From positions 1-17,221 of the forward strand of contig JAQGDQ010002037.1 in the NCBI GenBank assembly GCA_030141605.1: a stretch of 17,221 nt of DNA. Direction: 5' to 3'. Below the pieces are notes generated by a model. The model was not told the DNA's origin. It saw only the letters and a program-made list of their open reading frames with translations, and did no database searches. Shown piece after piece: positions 1 to 9,340 of the stretch (the first letter of the stretch is position 1; each line of letters starts with the position of its first letter). The position numbers and the translations under genes are program-made. This DNA comes from Tubiluchus corallicola (Eukaryota > Animalia > Priapulida).

Positions 1-35
1 TTACAATGCACCATATTGCTTACTTGTATATACAA

Positions 36-37
<2 letters not shown>

Positions 38-83
<46 letters not shown>

Positions 84-88
84 GTATA
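38..88. repeat. (TA)n microsatellite
   Basis: Direct reading: a near-perfect TA run with a degenerate 3' end (tacatatgtatata). Confidence 0.95.
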
Positions 89-559
89 TACCCAAATTTA
101 AGTGGGGGAGAAGAGATTAAATTATACATTATATTTGTAGTAATAACTATAATTGTATAGAACATTTAAATATAATTCTATATTGTACCTTTTATCATAT
201 CTTCGTTTCTTCGTTATTAATTTTTGTATAAGTACAACTTCATACGACTTTTTTACTAACTCCTTCATTGCTGAATTCAATTTGAACATTTTTGAAGATA
301 ACATACATATACTAAAAATTTATATTTTTACCATGTGAAGTTTTTTTTTGTAAGGCAGTTTTAGACTCCGCTGGTGAATTTGCTATTCCAAGTCGTTGAA
401 TTAATTGCTTAAGTTAATTAAAATAAGTAATGAGTTGATTTTTGGCATCTGGGCACACTGAGGCATATAGCTCTAGTGACATAAATAATCTGATTAGCTA
501 CTTAAAGCAAAACCTGGACCCAATGTTAAACTGTAGCAAAACAATCTACTCTTATAAAT

Positions 560-1090
560 GTTGTTGGCATCCTTCTGTCTCGAAAGACAATGGAGTGTGC
601 GCCAAGAGAATCAGTTATTGATCACATTGATGGAGCTGCAGCGTCAACTGTGGCTGAGCAATCCGATCCTTGAAACGCCTCTCCAGGGCGCACGCCTGGG
701 CAAGGTGTATGGAGATCCTGAGTTGCCCAGACAACAGGAACCCTCTCTGGTGTAGTTCAAAGGAAAGCGGAGCGATACGTTTGGCACCAGGTTGGCTGCA
801 GGAGCTACCGGAGTCAGTGAGCATGCTGCACTGGTCCGCCTTCGGGGCTCCACTCCTGATTTGGAAGGTTTACTCCACTACACATGGCCGTTGTGTCACT
901 TGACCTCCTCCGTCCTCTAGCCGTTGACTGCTTGTGCAGCTCCTCCGCCTAGTGTCGAGATACAGTGTGCAAATCTACAGCACCTGGTATTTCTAGGCGG
1001 TCACTCATCCAAGTACTAACTAGGCTCTATGTTGCTTAACTTCGGTGATCAGACGAGAACCGGTGTTTTCAACGTGATATGGCCATAGTT
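560..1090 (-). mobile_element. 5S rRNA-derived SINE (SINE3-type), about 530 bp, with 13-bp TSD
   Basis: The minus strand reads: 5S-like head (1090-971), about 400 bp GC-rich body, 3' hairpin TGTCT-TTCG-AGACA, then GAAGGATGCC and a short AACAAC tail. It is flanked by the direct repeat TACTCTTATAAAT at 547-559 and 1106-1118. There is no T4+ Pol III terminator after the 5S part. Confidence 0.85.
971..1090 (-). pseudogene. Degenerate 5S rRNA copy forming the SINE head
   Basis: The reverse complement ACTATGGCCATATCACGTTGAAAACACCGGTTCTCGTCTGATCACCGAAGTTAAGCAAC...GTTAGTACTTGGATGAGTGACCGCCTAGAAATACCAGGTGCTGTAGATTT matches metazoan 5S rRNA. Box A (AGTTAAGCA) and a box C-like element (TGGATGAGTGACC) are present, with several C>T/G>A changes. 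Confidence 0.92.
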
Positions 1091-1306
1091 ATAAATATAT
1101 ATATATACTCTTATAAATATTCTAGGGACATGTACTTATAAATATAAAAGGAATATACTATTTTTTTTCAAAAATGACTTATGTGAAACAAATCTTATTG
1201 ATTTTCATTCACAATGTTTATTTTATTCGTAGGTTGTGCTAGATGACATCCCATCTGCGAGACAAATTAGTGATTACCAAAGATACGTAGCTTTAACTGT
1301 TGTGTA

Positions 1307-1333
1307 ATGGGTTGTGTCTGCGCAAAGCAGGAG
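1307..1333 (+). CDS. SLC44A1: CTL1/SLC44A1-like, first coding exon (MGCVCAKQE); exon probably begins at 1233 with 5' UTR
   Basis: The MGC start resembles the MGCC N-terminus of CTL1 proteins. There is an in-frame upstream TGA (1271-1273), an acceptor ttttattcgtag at 1232, and a donor GAG|GTGAAC whose phase 0 matches the next exon. Confidence 0.7.
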
Positions 1334-2334
1334 GTGAACTTATTTACTTTTACATCACAGCTTTGTAAATGAAATTAATTATGTTAATTAATTAATTAAT
1401 TAAAATCTTTAGTTAATCAGGAGTGTTCTTAGAGTCGTGATATGAAACACAAGTTTGTTTACGGTGTAACGCCTCTTGCGCCTTGACCGTGGCAGTTCGT
1501 GTATAGGTGCTGTGGAACCGCAGCACCCCCTATTTTCCCTCAATCTTATCGATAACATTCACTATAATAAGTCTTTTTTCTTTAGTTCTTTCTTTATACT
1601 TGTACTAAACGAGAGCATGGAAGGTAGTACTGTTTACTTTACAGCCCAGCACAGTGCACTCACAGCACGAGCAACGTAGTGTTTGTTTGTTCTGCGCATG
1701 CTGCATGTGCACATGTCTGAGATAAGCCACTGCAGTTTACGTAGAAAAAGTACTGTCACTCATGCAGTTTGTCAGCTGTCACGAGTATAAAACCCGTGCA
1801 CCAGCATATTCTTGAACCGCGACAATTTAGGCTATCCGTAAACAAACAATATTTTTTGTTTAGGATTTTATCAAGTTTTCATATAAGCTTTCGTACGTTT
1901 GTTTGTTTAAACTTCAGTTAAGGGACTTAAATGTTCAGTTTAAACAATAATGAATGCACACAGACATATCATAGATCCCTAATTAGTGAAATGAATTACT
2001 GATTTCACAAATCATCGAGTTTAGATGTTATAGTTTACTGGAAATGTTTCGACAAAATTTTTTAAACTGCAGCAAGCGATTTTATGACATTCTATGTTTG
2101 ACAAGTATGTGTTTTTATAGAGCTGACTTGCGAGATCTCGACCTGTTAATCATTTACATTCAATCGATCAATCAATTTATTTCATTCCAGCAATATGTAT
2201 ACAATACAACAACATAGCATATTATTGGAAAAAAAGAAACAGTATAGGTAAAAAAACGTTGATGAAGTCAAGTTAACCAAATAACAGAGTTGCTGTATGA
2301 CACCTTGAAAGCTTGGCTTGTTCAGGTGGCACAA

Positions 2335-3147
2335 ATGAGTGAATGAAAGAATGGTTAGGGTTAGTAGACATGATGGAATGGAAAAAATAGTAAGATTAGT
2401 GATAGGAAGAAGGAAGGGAGAGGAGGATGAGTGAATGAAAGAATGGTTAGGGTTAGTAGACATGATGGAATGGAAAAAATAGTAAGATTAGGGATAGGAA
2501 GAAGGAAGGGAGGGGAGGATGAGTGAATGAAAGAATGGTTAGGGTTAGTAGACATGATGGAATGGAAAAAATAGTAAGATTAGGGATAGGAAGAAGGAAG
2601 GGAGGAGGGGATGAGTGAATGAAAGAATGGTTAGGGTTAGTAGACATGATAAAATGGAAAAAATAGTAAGATGAGGGATAGGAAGAAGGAAGGGAGGAGA
2701 AAATGAGTGAATGAAAGAATGGTTAGGGTTAGTAGACATGATGGAATGGAAAAAATAGTAAGATTAGGGATAGGAAGAAGGAAGGGAGGGGAGAATGGGT
2801 GAATGAAAGAATGGTTAGGGTTAGTAGACATGATGGAATGGAAAAAATAGTAAGATTAGGGATAGGAAGAAGGAAGAGAGGAGAGGATGAGTGAATGAAA
2901 GAATGGTTAGGGTTAGTAGACATGATGGAATGGAAAAAATAGTAAGATTAGGGATAGGAAGAAGGAAGGGAGGGGAGGATGAGTGAATGAAAGAATGGTT
3001 AGAGTTAGTAGGCGTGATGGAATGGAAAAAATAGTAAGATTAGCGATAGGAAGAAGGAAGGGAGGGGAGAATGAGTGAATGAAAGAATGGTTAGGGTTAT
3101 AAGAAATAATGGAATGTAAAAAATAGTAAGATTAGGGATAGGAAGAA
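2335..3147 (+). repeat. 92-bp purine-rich minisatellite, about 8.8 copies
   Basis: Unit atgagtgaatgaaagaatggttagggttagtagacatgatggaatggaaaaaatagtaagattagggataggaagaaggaagggaggggagg starts at 2335, 2427, 2519 ... 3071. Confidence 0.97.
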
Positions 3148-3767
3148 CGAAAAGAGAAGAAGAAACGACCATGTTTAATAGAACTTACACTTTCAACGCT
3201 ACATACTTCTCTTTTTAATTCTTCTTTCTCAAAAGTAACAATGGATGCATTTTCTAATGTGAAGAAATGATAGTAAATGCAAGATTTTTGCTTCCGTTTT
3301 TCAAATAGTATATTTGTGGCCTTATTTGGGGTATATTTATAAGTCAGATTGTCTCTAAGTGCTCTCACAATGTGACCAATGAGCAGAATTATCGTGTATT
3401 ATTTGTAAAAGATACTGTGAATGCAATCAAGGGTAAACATTTTCAATTTTTGAACAGAAATGAACTTAACCTGATATTCGATTGCATATGTCGAAATTAA
3501 CTTGAATAATGAATTATTTATTTTTGTTGAACTTTTTTTGATTAACTGCTGTATTATTTATTGTGTCCTTATTTGTGTGAATTATCATAATGTGTAAATA
3601 TTCTTAATCTAACTACGCTACTAACAAATTGAAAATGGGTACTGTAATTTCGAAATAAATAATAATAATAACAATCGTCAGTTAACAGAGTGGAAGATAC
3701 GTGGGGAAGGTGAGTGGGCAGGATTTGTCCACTCATAATAATATGACAATTGCCTTTTTATATGTAG

Positions 3768-3851
3768 GATACCACAGATGGTGTAATTAAACCTCGAGGA
3801 TGTACAGATGTACCAGCATTGGTGGTATACCTCTTGTTTTGGGGAGGGATG
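3768..3851 (+). CDS. SLC44A1: CTL1-like coding exon 2 (DTTDGVIKPRGCTDVPALVVYLLFWGGM)
   Basis: Contains the family R-x-CTD motif and the start of TM1. Acceptor tatgtag|, donor ATG|GTAAGT; 84 nt, phase 0/0. Not in the ORF track in this frame. Confidence 0.92.
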
Positions 3852-4600
3852 GTAAGTACTGCATGATAAGTATTTCCTATTTTGCTACTGGCTGCATACA
3901 AAGGTGCCATAGTCTCATCTTGCATGAAATAATTAATGACTGTGACTGTATATATGCGTGCTTGCAAAACAAAACCATCCACATGTCGGCATGATTGTAA
4001 CTGCACACTCAGGACTCGGTTTGCCAGATCTCACTTTTATGGATGTCGAAAAAATCGTTAAAAGTCCCACATACTACGAACACAGACGTTTTTCCATTGT
4101 TCCACCAGCTGACCGCTAGATGGCAGGCCGTCACTTTTTTTTACATCATTTTAGTCATTAAAGTCATCATCGCTGACTTTAACAGTGATTTTCTCAAGGT
4201 TATGTTTTTCAGTGCAATAACTAAAAAAAGCTTAACTGTCGACGTCCTGGGGTTTTTGCTATGCAAGCACATATTTACTAATGCTTCATTTCCAGGTATA
4301 CGCATGTGCTGCCATCTGTTGAAATGTAAAAGTAATAATTTCTAAAAAGTTGCTAAAAGAAAAGTGTGGTGAAATTCTTGTTTGGATTTAGAGCTAATTT
4401 TTTTCTCATTTCACTAAGATTAGTTAGTACGTTCAGTTTATAAAATTACATGGCAAAATTATCCTTGCAAAGTTTAGAGTCACCAGAACTATTAAAAATT
4501 AACAATATTTGATAATATTTTTAAACCAAGGAAATTTTTCATGAACTTTCTTAAAGTCGTAATCGCTACTTTCTGTTGTAGTTTTCTGTTCTCATTTCAG

Positions 4601-4743
4601 CTGATAATCGCCGCGTACGCATTTGCAATGGGAGATGCCGACAGGCTCGTCTACGGCTACGACTCGTACGGAAACGTTTGCGGGAAGAAAAATCGTTACA
4701 TGGATAACTTGACGTACACCGGAATAGATATGACAGACAAAAA
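4601..4743 (+). CDS. SLC44A1: CTL1-like coding exon 3 (LIIAAYAFAMGDADRLVYGYDSYGNVCGKKN...)
   Basis: Contains the family motif GD..RL.YGYDSYGN.CG. Acceptor catttcag|, donor AA|GTAATT; phase 0/2. Confidence 0.96.
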
Positions 4744-4851
4744 GTAATTTGTTTACCTTGTGCATCGTGCAAAACAGCAAACAGGAGTTTTACTGAATGT
4801 TTTTACTATGAAAATTATATAACATGTTGCATTTCTAAAGCCTGAAATTGG

Positions 4852-6965
4852 GAAGGTCTAACTGTAGCTGAGTGTTAGTAGACATAAACTGTGGTTTACC
4901 TCAAGATCCACTCTTGGATCACTGCTTTTCCTGATCTATATCAAAGGTCTAACTGTAGCTGAATGTTGGTAGACATAAACTGTGGTGTACCTCAAGGATC
5001 CATTCTTGGGCCACTGCTTTTCCTGATCTATATCAAAGGTCTAACTGTAGCAGAGTGTTGGTAGACATAAACTGTGGTGCACCTCAAGGATCCACTCTTG
5101 GGCCGTTGCTTTTCCTGATCTATATCGAAGGTCTAACTGTAGCTGAGTGTTGGTAGACATAAACTGTGGTGTACCTCAAGGATCCACTCTTGGGCCACTG
5201 CTTTTCCTGATCTATATCAAAGGTCTAACTGTAGCAGAGTGTTGGTAGACATAAACTGTGGTGTACCTCAAGGATCCACTCTTGGGCCACTGCTTTTCCT
5301 GATCTATATCAAAGGTCTAACTGTAGCAGAGTGTTGGTAGACATAAACTGTGGTGTACCTCAAGGATCCACTCTTGGGCCGTTGCTTTTCCTGATCTATA
5401 TCAAAGGTCTAACTGTAGCAGAGTGTTGGTAGACATAAACTGTGGTGCACCTCAAGGATCCACTCTTGGGCCGCTGCTTTTCCTGATCTATATCAAAGGT
5501 CTAACTGTAGCTGAATGTTGGTAGACATAAACTGTGGTGTACCTCAAGGATCCACTCTTGGGCCACTGCTTTTCCTGATCTATATCAAAGGTCTAACTGT
5601 AGCTGAGTGTTGGTAGACATAAACTGTGGTTTACCTAAAGGATCCACTCTTGGGCCATTGCTTTTCCTGATCTATATCAAAGGTCTAACTGTAGCAGAGT
5701 GTTGGTAGACATAAACTGTGGTGTACCTCAAGGATCCACTCTTGGGCCACTGCTTTTCCTGATCTATATCAAAGGTCTAACTGTAACTGAATGTTGGTAG
5801 ACATAAACTGTGGTGTACCTAAAGGATCCACTCTTGGGCCATTGCTTTTCCTGATCTATATCAAAGGTCTAACTGTAGCTCAGTGTTGGTAGACATAAAC
5901 TGTGGTGTACTTCAAGGATCCACTCTTGGGCCGCTGCTTTTCCTGATCTATATCAAAAGTCTAACTGTGGTGTACCTCAAGGATCCACTGTTGGGCCGCT
6001 GCTTTTCCTGATCTATATCAAAGGTCTAACTGTAGCAGAGTGTTGGTAGACATAAACTGTGGTGTACCTCAAGGATCCACTCTTGGGCCACTGCTTTTCC
6101 TGATCTATATCAAAGGTCTAACTGTAACTGAATGTTGGTAGACATAAACTGTGGTGTACCTAAAGGATCCACTCTTGGGCCATTGCTTTTCCTGATCTAT
6201 ATCAAAGGTCTAACTGTAGCTGAGTGTTGGTAGACATAAACTGTGGTGTACCTCAAGGATCCATTCTTGGGCCACTGCTTTTCCTGATCTATATCAAAGG
6301 TCTAACTGTAGCTGAGTGTTGGTAGACATAAACTGTGGTTTACCTCAAGGATCCACTCTTGGGCCGCTGCTTTTCCTGATCTATGTCAAAGGTCTAACTG
6401 TAGCTGAGTGTTGGTAGACATAAACTGTGGTTTACCTCAAGGATCCACTCTTGGGCCGCTGCTTTTCCTGATCTATATCAAAGGTCTAACTGTAGCTGAG
6501 TGTTGGTAGACATAAACTGTGGTTTACCTCAAGGATCCACTCTTGGGCCGCTGCTTTTCCTGATCTATATCAAAGGTCTAACTGTAGCTGAGTGTTGGTA
6601 GACATAAACTGTGGTTTACCTCAAGGATCCACTCTTGGGCCGCTGCTTTTCCTGATCTATATCAAAGGTCTAACTGTAGCTGAATGTTGGTAGACATAAA
6701 CTGTGGTGTACCTCAAGGATCCACTCTTGGGCTGCTGCTTTTCCTGATCTATATCACAGGTCTAACTGTAGCTGAGTGTTGGTAGACATAAACTGTGGTT
6801 TACCTCAAGGATCCACTGTTGGGCTGCTGCTTTTCCTGATCTATATCAAAGGTCTAACTGTAGCTGAGTGTTGGTAGACATAAACTGTGGTATACCTCAA
6901 GGATCCACTGTTGGGCCGCTGCTTTTCCTGATCTATATCAAAGGTCTAACTGTAGCTGAATGTTG
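4852..6965 (+). repeat. 92-bp minisatellite, 23 copies plus a partial, derived from a non-LTR retrotransposon RT fragment
   Basis: Unit aaaggtctaactgtagctgagtgttggtagacataaactgtggtgtacctcaaggatccactcttgggccactgcttttcctgatctatatc translates in one frame as VDINCGVPQGSTLGPLLFLIYIKGL. One unit (5955) is 27 bp shorter. Confidence 0.96.
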
Positions 6966-7055
6966 TCATGCATTGAAGCTGTCAAAAATTAATTCAGTTT
7001 TTGGCTTAGATTGTAAAAAGTGGCCACCAGGTGTTAACCGTTGTTTTCTATAATG

Positions 7056-7150
7056 CAGTAAGTCCTCGCTTAACGACTCCCCGTTTAGCGACGTTTCGTT
7101 TTAATGACGCTGAACATTTGACATTATTTTCTCACTTAACGACACATGTT
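7056..7150 (+). mobile_element. Tc1-mariner/pogo (Tigger-like) left terminal fragment
   Basis: CAGTAAGTCCTCGCTTAACGAC followed by repeated (C/T)TTA(A/G)CGAC sub-motifs resembles Tigger-type TIRs. No matching right TIR was found, and the preceding dinucleotide is TG rather than TA. Confidence 0.5.
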
Positions 7151-8011
7151 TCATTTTAACAACAATTTTTTTACTTTGTTCACTGCCATTTTTTATTTTA
7201 TCAACAACTTTTTTTTACCTAATTTGAAGCATTAAAACAGTAAACATTTCATTACTTCATTCTAAAAATGCATGAGTAACCCAAACAGCGCAGTTATTAT
7301 AAAGCTTTTGCTTCCCGACTGACTACGTACTAAATTCTAGCCGTTTGTATCAGGCGAGACTCCAGGCACTTGAGTTTAAACTTCATGCTAAGAAATTTTG
7401 TCCAAAACTTGTTGCTATATGTGATATATGATATAATACTATGTACAGAATTTATAATTTACATTACAGACTAAGTGTTTGTTTTGTGTTAAATAGTTTC
7501 ATACCATTGAAGATATGTAATCTATAAAGTAAATTCTTAAATCATCTACATAATATTATATCATATATGTTTTAGCTATCTAACTACTGAACAGTACTTC
7601 GATGTTGCTTCTAAATTCTGATAAATTTCTTTGTTTTAGATGCCTTGATAATGAACAGTTTTGTTCGAAACCCTTGGCAATGAATTCCATTTTGATGTAT
7701 TTGTTATTTAGTTTGGACTGAGTAAGTCCCTTAGTCAGTAAGACTATTTTCGTTGGTGGTTATGGCAAGACCAGAATCTATTTTCTGATTTTCTAAGATG
7801 AGGCACTGAACCATCAGAGATCTTTCAGCCACTGTAAACACAACTTGGGTTGAGTACTTTATTTCCTTCTTAGGCAGCTTGACAGGTAAAGTTGATGTTC
7901 TAGGTGGTCATCCATTGATTTATTCATCAAGTTCAGCGTTGCTTAACCTTGGTTACTGAATGCACACAGCGACTACACGGCTATTTTTGTTCACACCAAA
8001 AAGTGAGGAAG

Positions 8012-8284
8012 ATTACAAAAATACAACATACATGCAAATTGTATACTTAGCGTTTTCATCCAGTAATTTACTGAACAGGTTCAGTATTGCTTAGTTTTGG
8101 CCGCAAAATTTACCACTGTAACCACACAGCTATTAGCCTCACACAAAAAAATTATGAAAATACAACATGTGTGCAAATTATACTTAGTGTTTTCATCCAG
8201 TTATTTACTCAACAGGTTCAGTATTGCTTAGTTTTGGCCACTAAATTTACACTGTAACCACACAGCTATTCGCCCCACACAAAA
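8012..8284 (+). repeat. About 139-bp tandem duplication (2 copies, plus a degenerate partial copy at about 7972-8002)
   Basis: aaaatacaacat...cttagcgttttcatccagt...caggttcagtattgcttagttttggcc...ctgtaaccacacagctatt occurs twice, with copies starting at 8012 and 8151. Confidence 0.9.
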
Positions 8285-8316
8285 TTTTTGAATGGTGACC
8301 TTTTGTTTTTCCTCAG

Positions 8317-8541
8317 GTATGTTTTCTTCTTCGACATTTGGAACATTCGAAGTTCTAGATGCATCTGTGTCAAAGAATGTCCGTCGGAGACCATAGATAC
8401 ACGCAAGGAGCTCATAGAGTTTGCCAATAGCGCCGGTTCATTTCTGTGCGACTACAGCGTAGGAATAATCGACTACCAAGACTCACTGATGTCACCGTCC
8501 GGGACGAAAGGACCGTGTCCTGAATTCAGCATCCCAAAAAT
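8317..8541 (+). CDS. SLC44A1: CTL1-like coding exon 4 (YVFFFDIWNIRSSRCICVKECP...FLCDY...GPCPEFSIPK)
   Basis: Cys-rich extracellular loop typical of CTL proteins (CV..CP, LC.Y, GPCP). Acceptor ttcctcag|, donor AT|GTAAAA; phase 2/2. Confidence 0.93.
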
Positions 8542-8694
8542 GTAAAAAATTATCCAGTAATGATGATTGATTAATTGTACTATTGCCATGAATCTGTGAA
8601 AAACTTATGTGTTGGTTCTGTTTGCCAGTATACTGCAGCTTAACATAATATTTTACTTGAACATTGCCGTTACGACTTCCATTGTTGTGCCTGA

Positions 8695-8803
8695 TTAAAG
8701 AAAAACTGGATTTGATCCTAAACTGCAGGTCAAAATAATCTAATCTTTAAAATATTGAAAGGAAACAAACTATTTTTTCAAAAATGTCTTACGTGGAAAA
8801 ATT
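8695..8803 (+). repeat. Dispersed repeat of about 100 bp, copy B (others at 9688-9800 and, split by the SINE, 501-559 + 1135-1194)
   Basis: Shared core taaactg(c/t)aggtcaaaa-aatcta-tctttaaaa-attgaaaggaaaca-actattttttcaaaaatg-cttacgtg. Confidence 0.8.
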
Positions 8804-8806
8804 ATT

Positions 8807-8835
8807 ATTAGATTAGATTAGATTAGATTAGATTA
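8807..8835. repeat. (ATTAG)n microsatellite
   Basis: About 5-6 copies of attag read directly. Confidence 0.9.
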
Positions 8836-9161
8836 CAATAATATCGAACACATAATTATTATATCGTAAAACATATAGGCCTAATTGGCATCTATGCACT
8901 CTATGCGATTTGCCTGCATTAGTCATCGTCCGCACAAACACATGTTCCACCAGATTTTTTCTCAAAAATTGAGCCTACATTGGCTTCCTTTAATTGTCCT
9001 ATAATACTAGGGGCAGCACCATCATAAATTCATAGTGGTTCCATAGCCCACAGTTATCTCGTGGATATCGTTTTAGCACAAAAGGAACCGGCAATAATGA
9101 ATACAAACTATTGTTTTTGTTTCTTTAAAACCCAAACAATGTATATACGCTATTCTTACAG

Positions 9162-9328
9162 GACGCCTGTTCTGAATCGCTGCGTCCCGAGCGACATCGT
9201 CGAAGTCGGCAAGACCGTCATGGAGGACATTTATTCGTTTCTTAACGGTAACGAGGTCTTTCAGACGGTTCTGATTGACCTGACATCTGGTTGGCGTTAC
9301 ATGGTACTACTTGTCTTTATTGCAGCAT
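9162..9328 (+). CDS. SLC44A1: CTL1-like coding exon 5 (TPVLNRCVPSD...DLTSGWRYMVLLVFIAA)
   Basis: Contains the NRC.P motif and DL...W before TM2. Acceptor ttcttacag|, donor T|GTGAGT; phase 2/1. Confidence 0.94.
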
Positions 9329-9340
9329 GTGAGTAAGTTA

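Noticed and set aside
558-903. Four overlapping short ORFs
   Set aside because: They lie in the GC-rich SINE body and show no recognisable protein motifs.
971-1090. Functional 5S rRNA gene
   Set aside because: It has multiple substitutions, no oligo-T terminator, is a single copy, and is embedded in a TSD-flanked element.
2182-2923. Series of 64-aa minus-strand ORFs (MSTNPNHSF...)
   Set aside because: These are by-products of the 92-bp repeat, whose pyrimidine-rich strand has few stops. There is no evidence of coding function.
2335-3147. Interstitial telomeric array
   Set aside because: There are only isolated TTAGGG motifs within a 92-bp unit, not tandem (TTAGGG)n.
4010-4249. Possible MITE bounded by CAGGACTCG / CGACGTCCTG
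   Set aside because: The inverted match is short and gapped and there is no TSD, so only the internal shared module is reported.
4852-6965. CRISPR-like array or functional RT gene
   Set aside because: Units are contiguous and near-identical with no unique spacers, and there are no cas genes. The context is a eukaryotic intron, each unit hits a stop, and the catalytic DD motif is absent.
9333-9338. Alternative donor GTAAGT 4 nt downstream of the exon 5 donor
   Set aside because: It would give phase 2 and frameshift exon 6; GTGAGT at 9329 keeps the frame.
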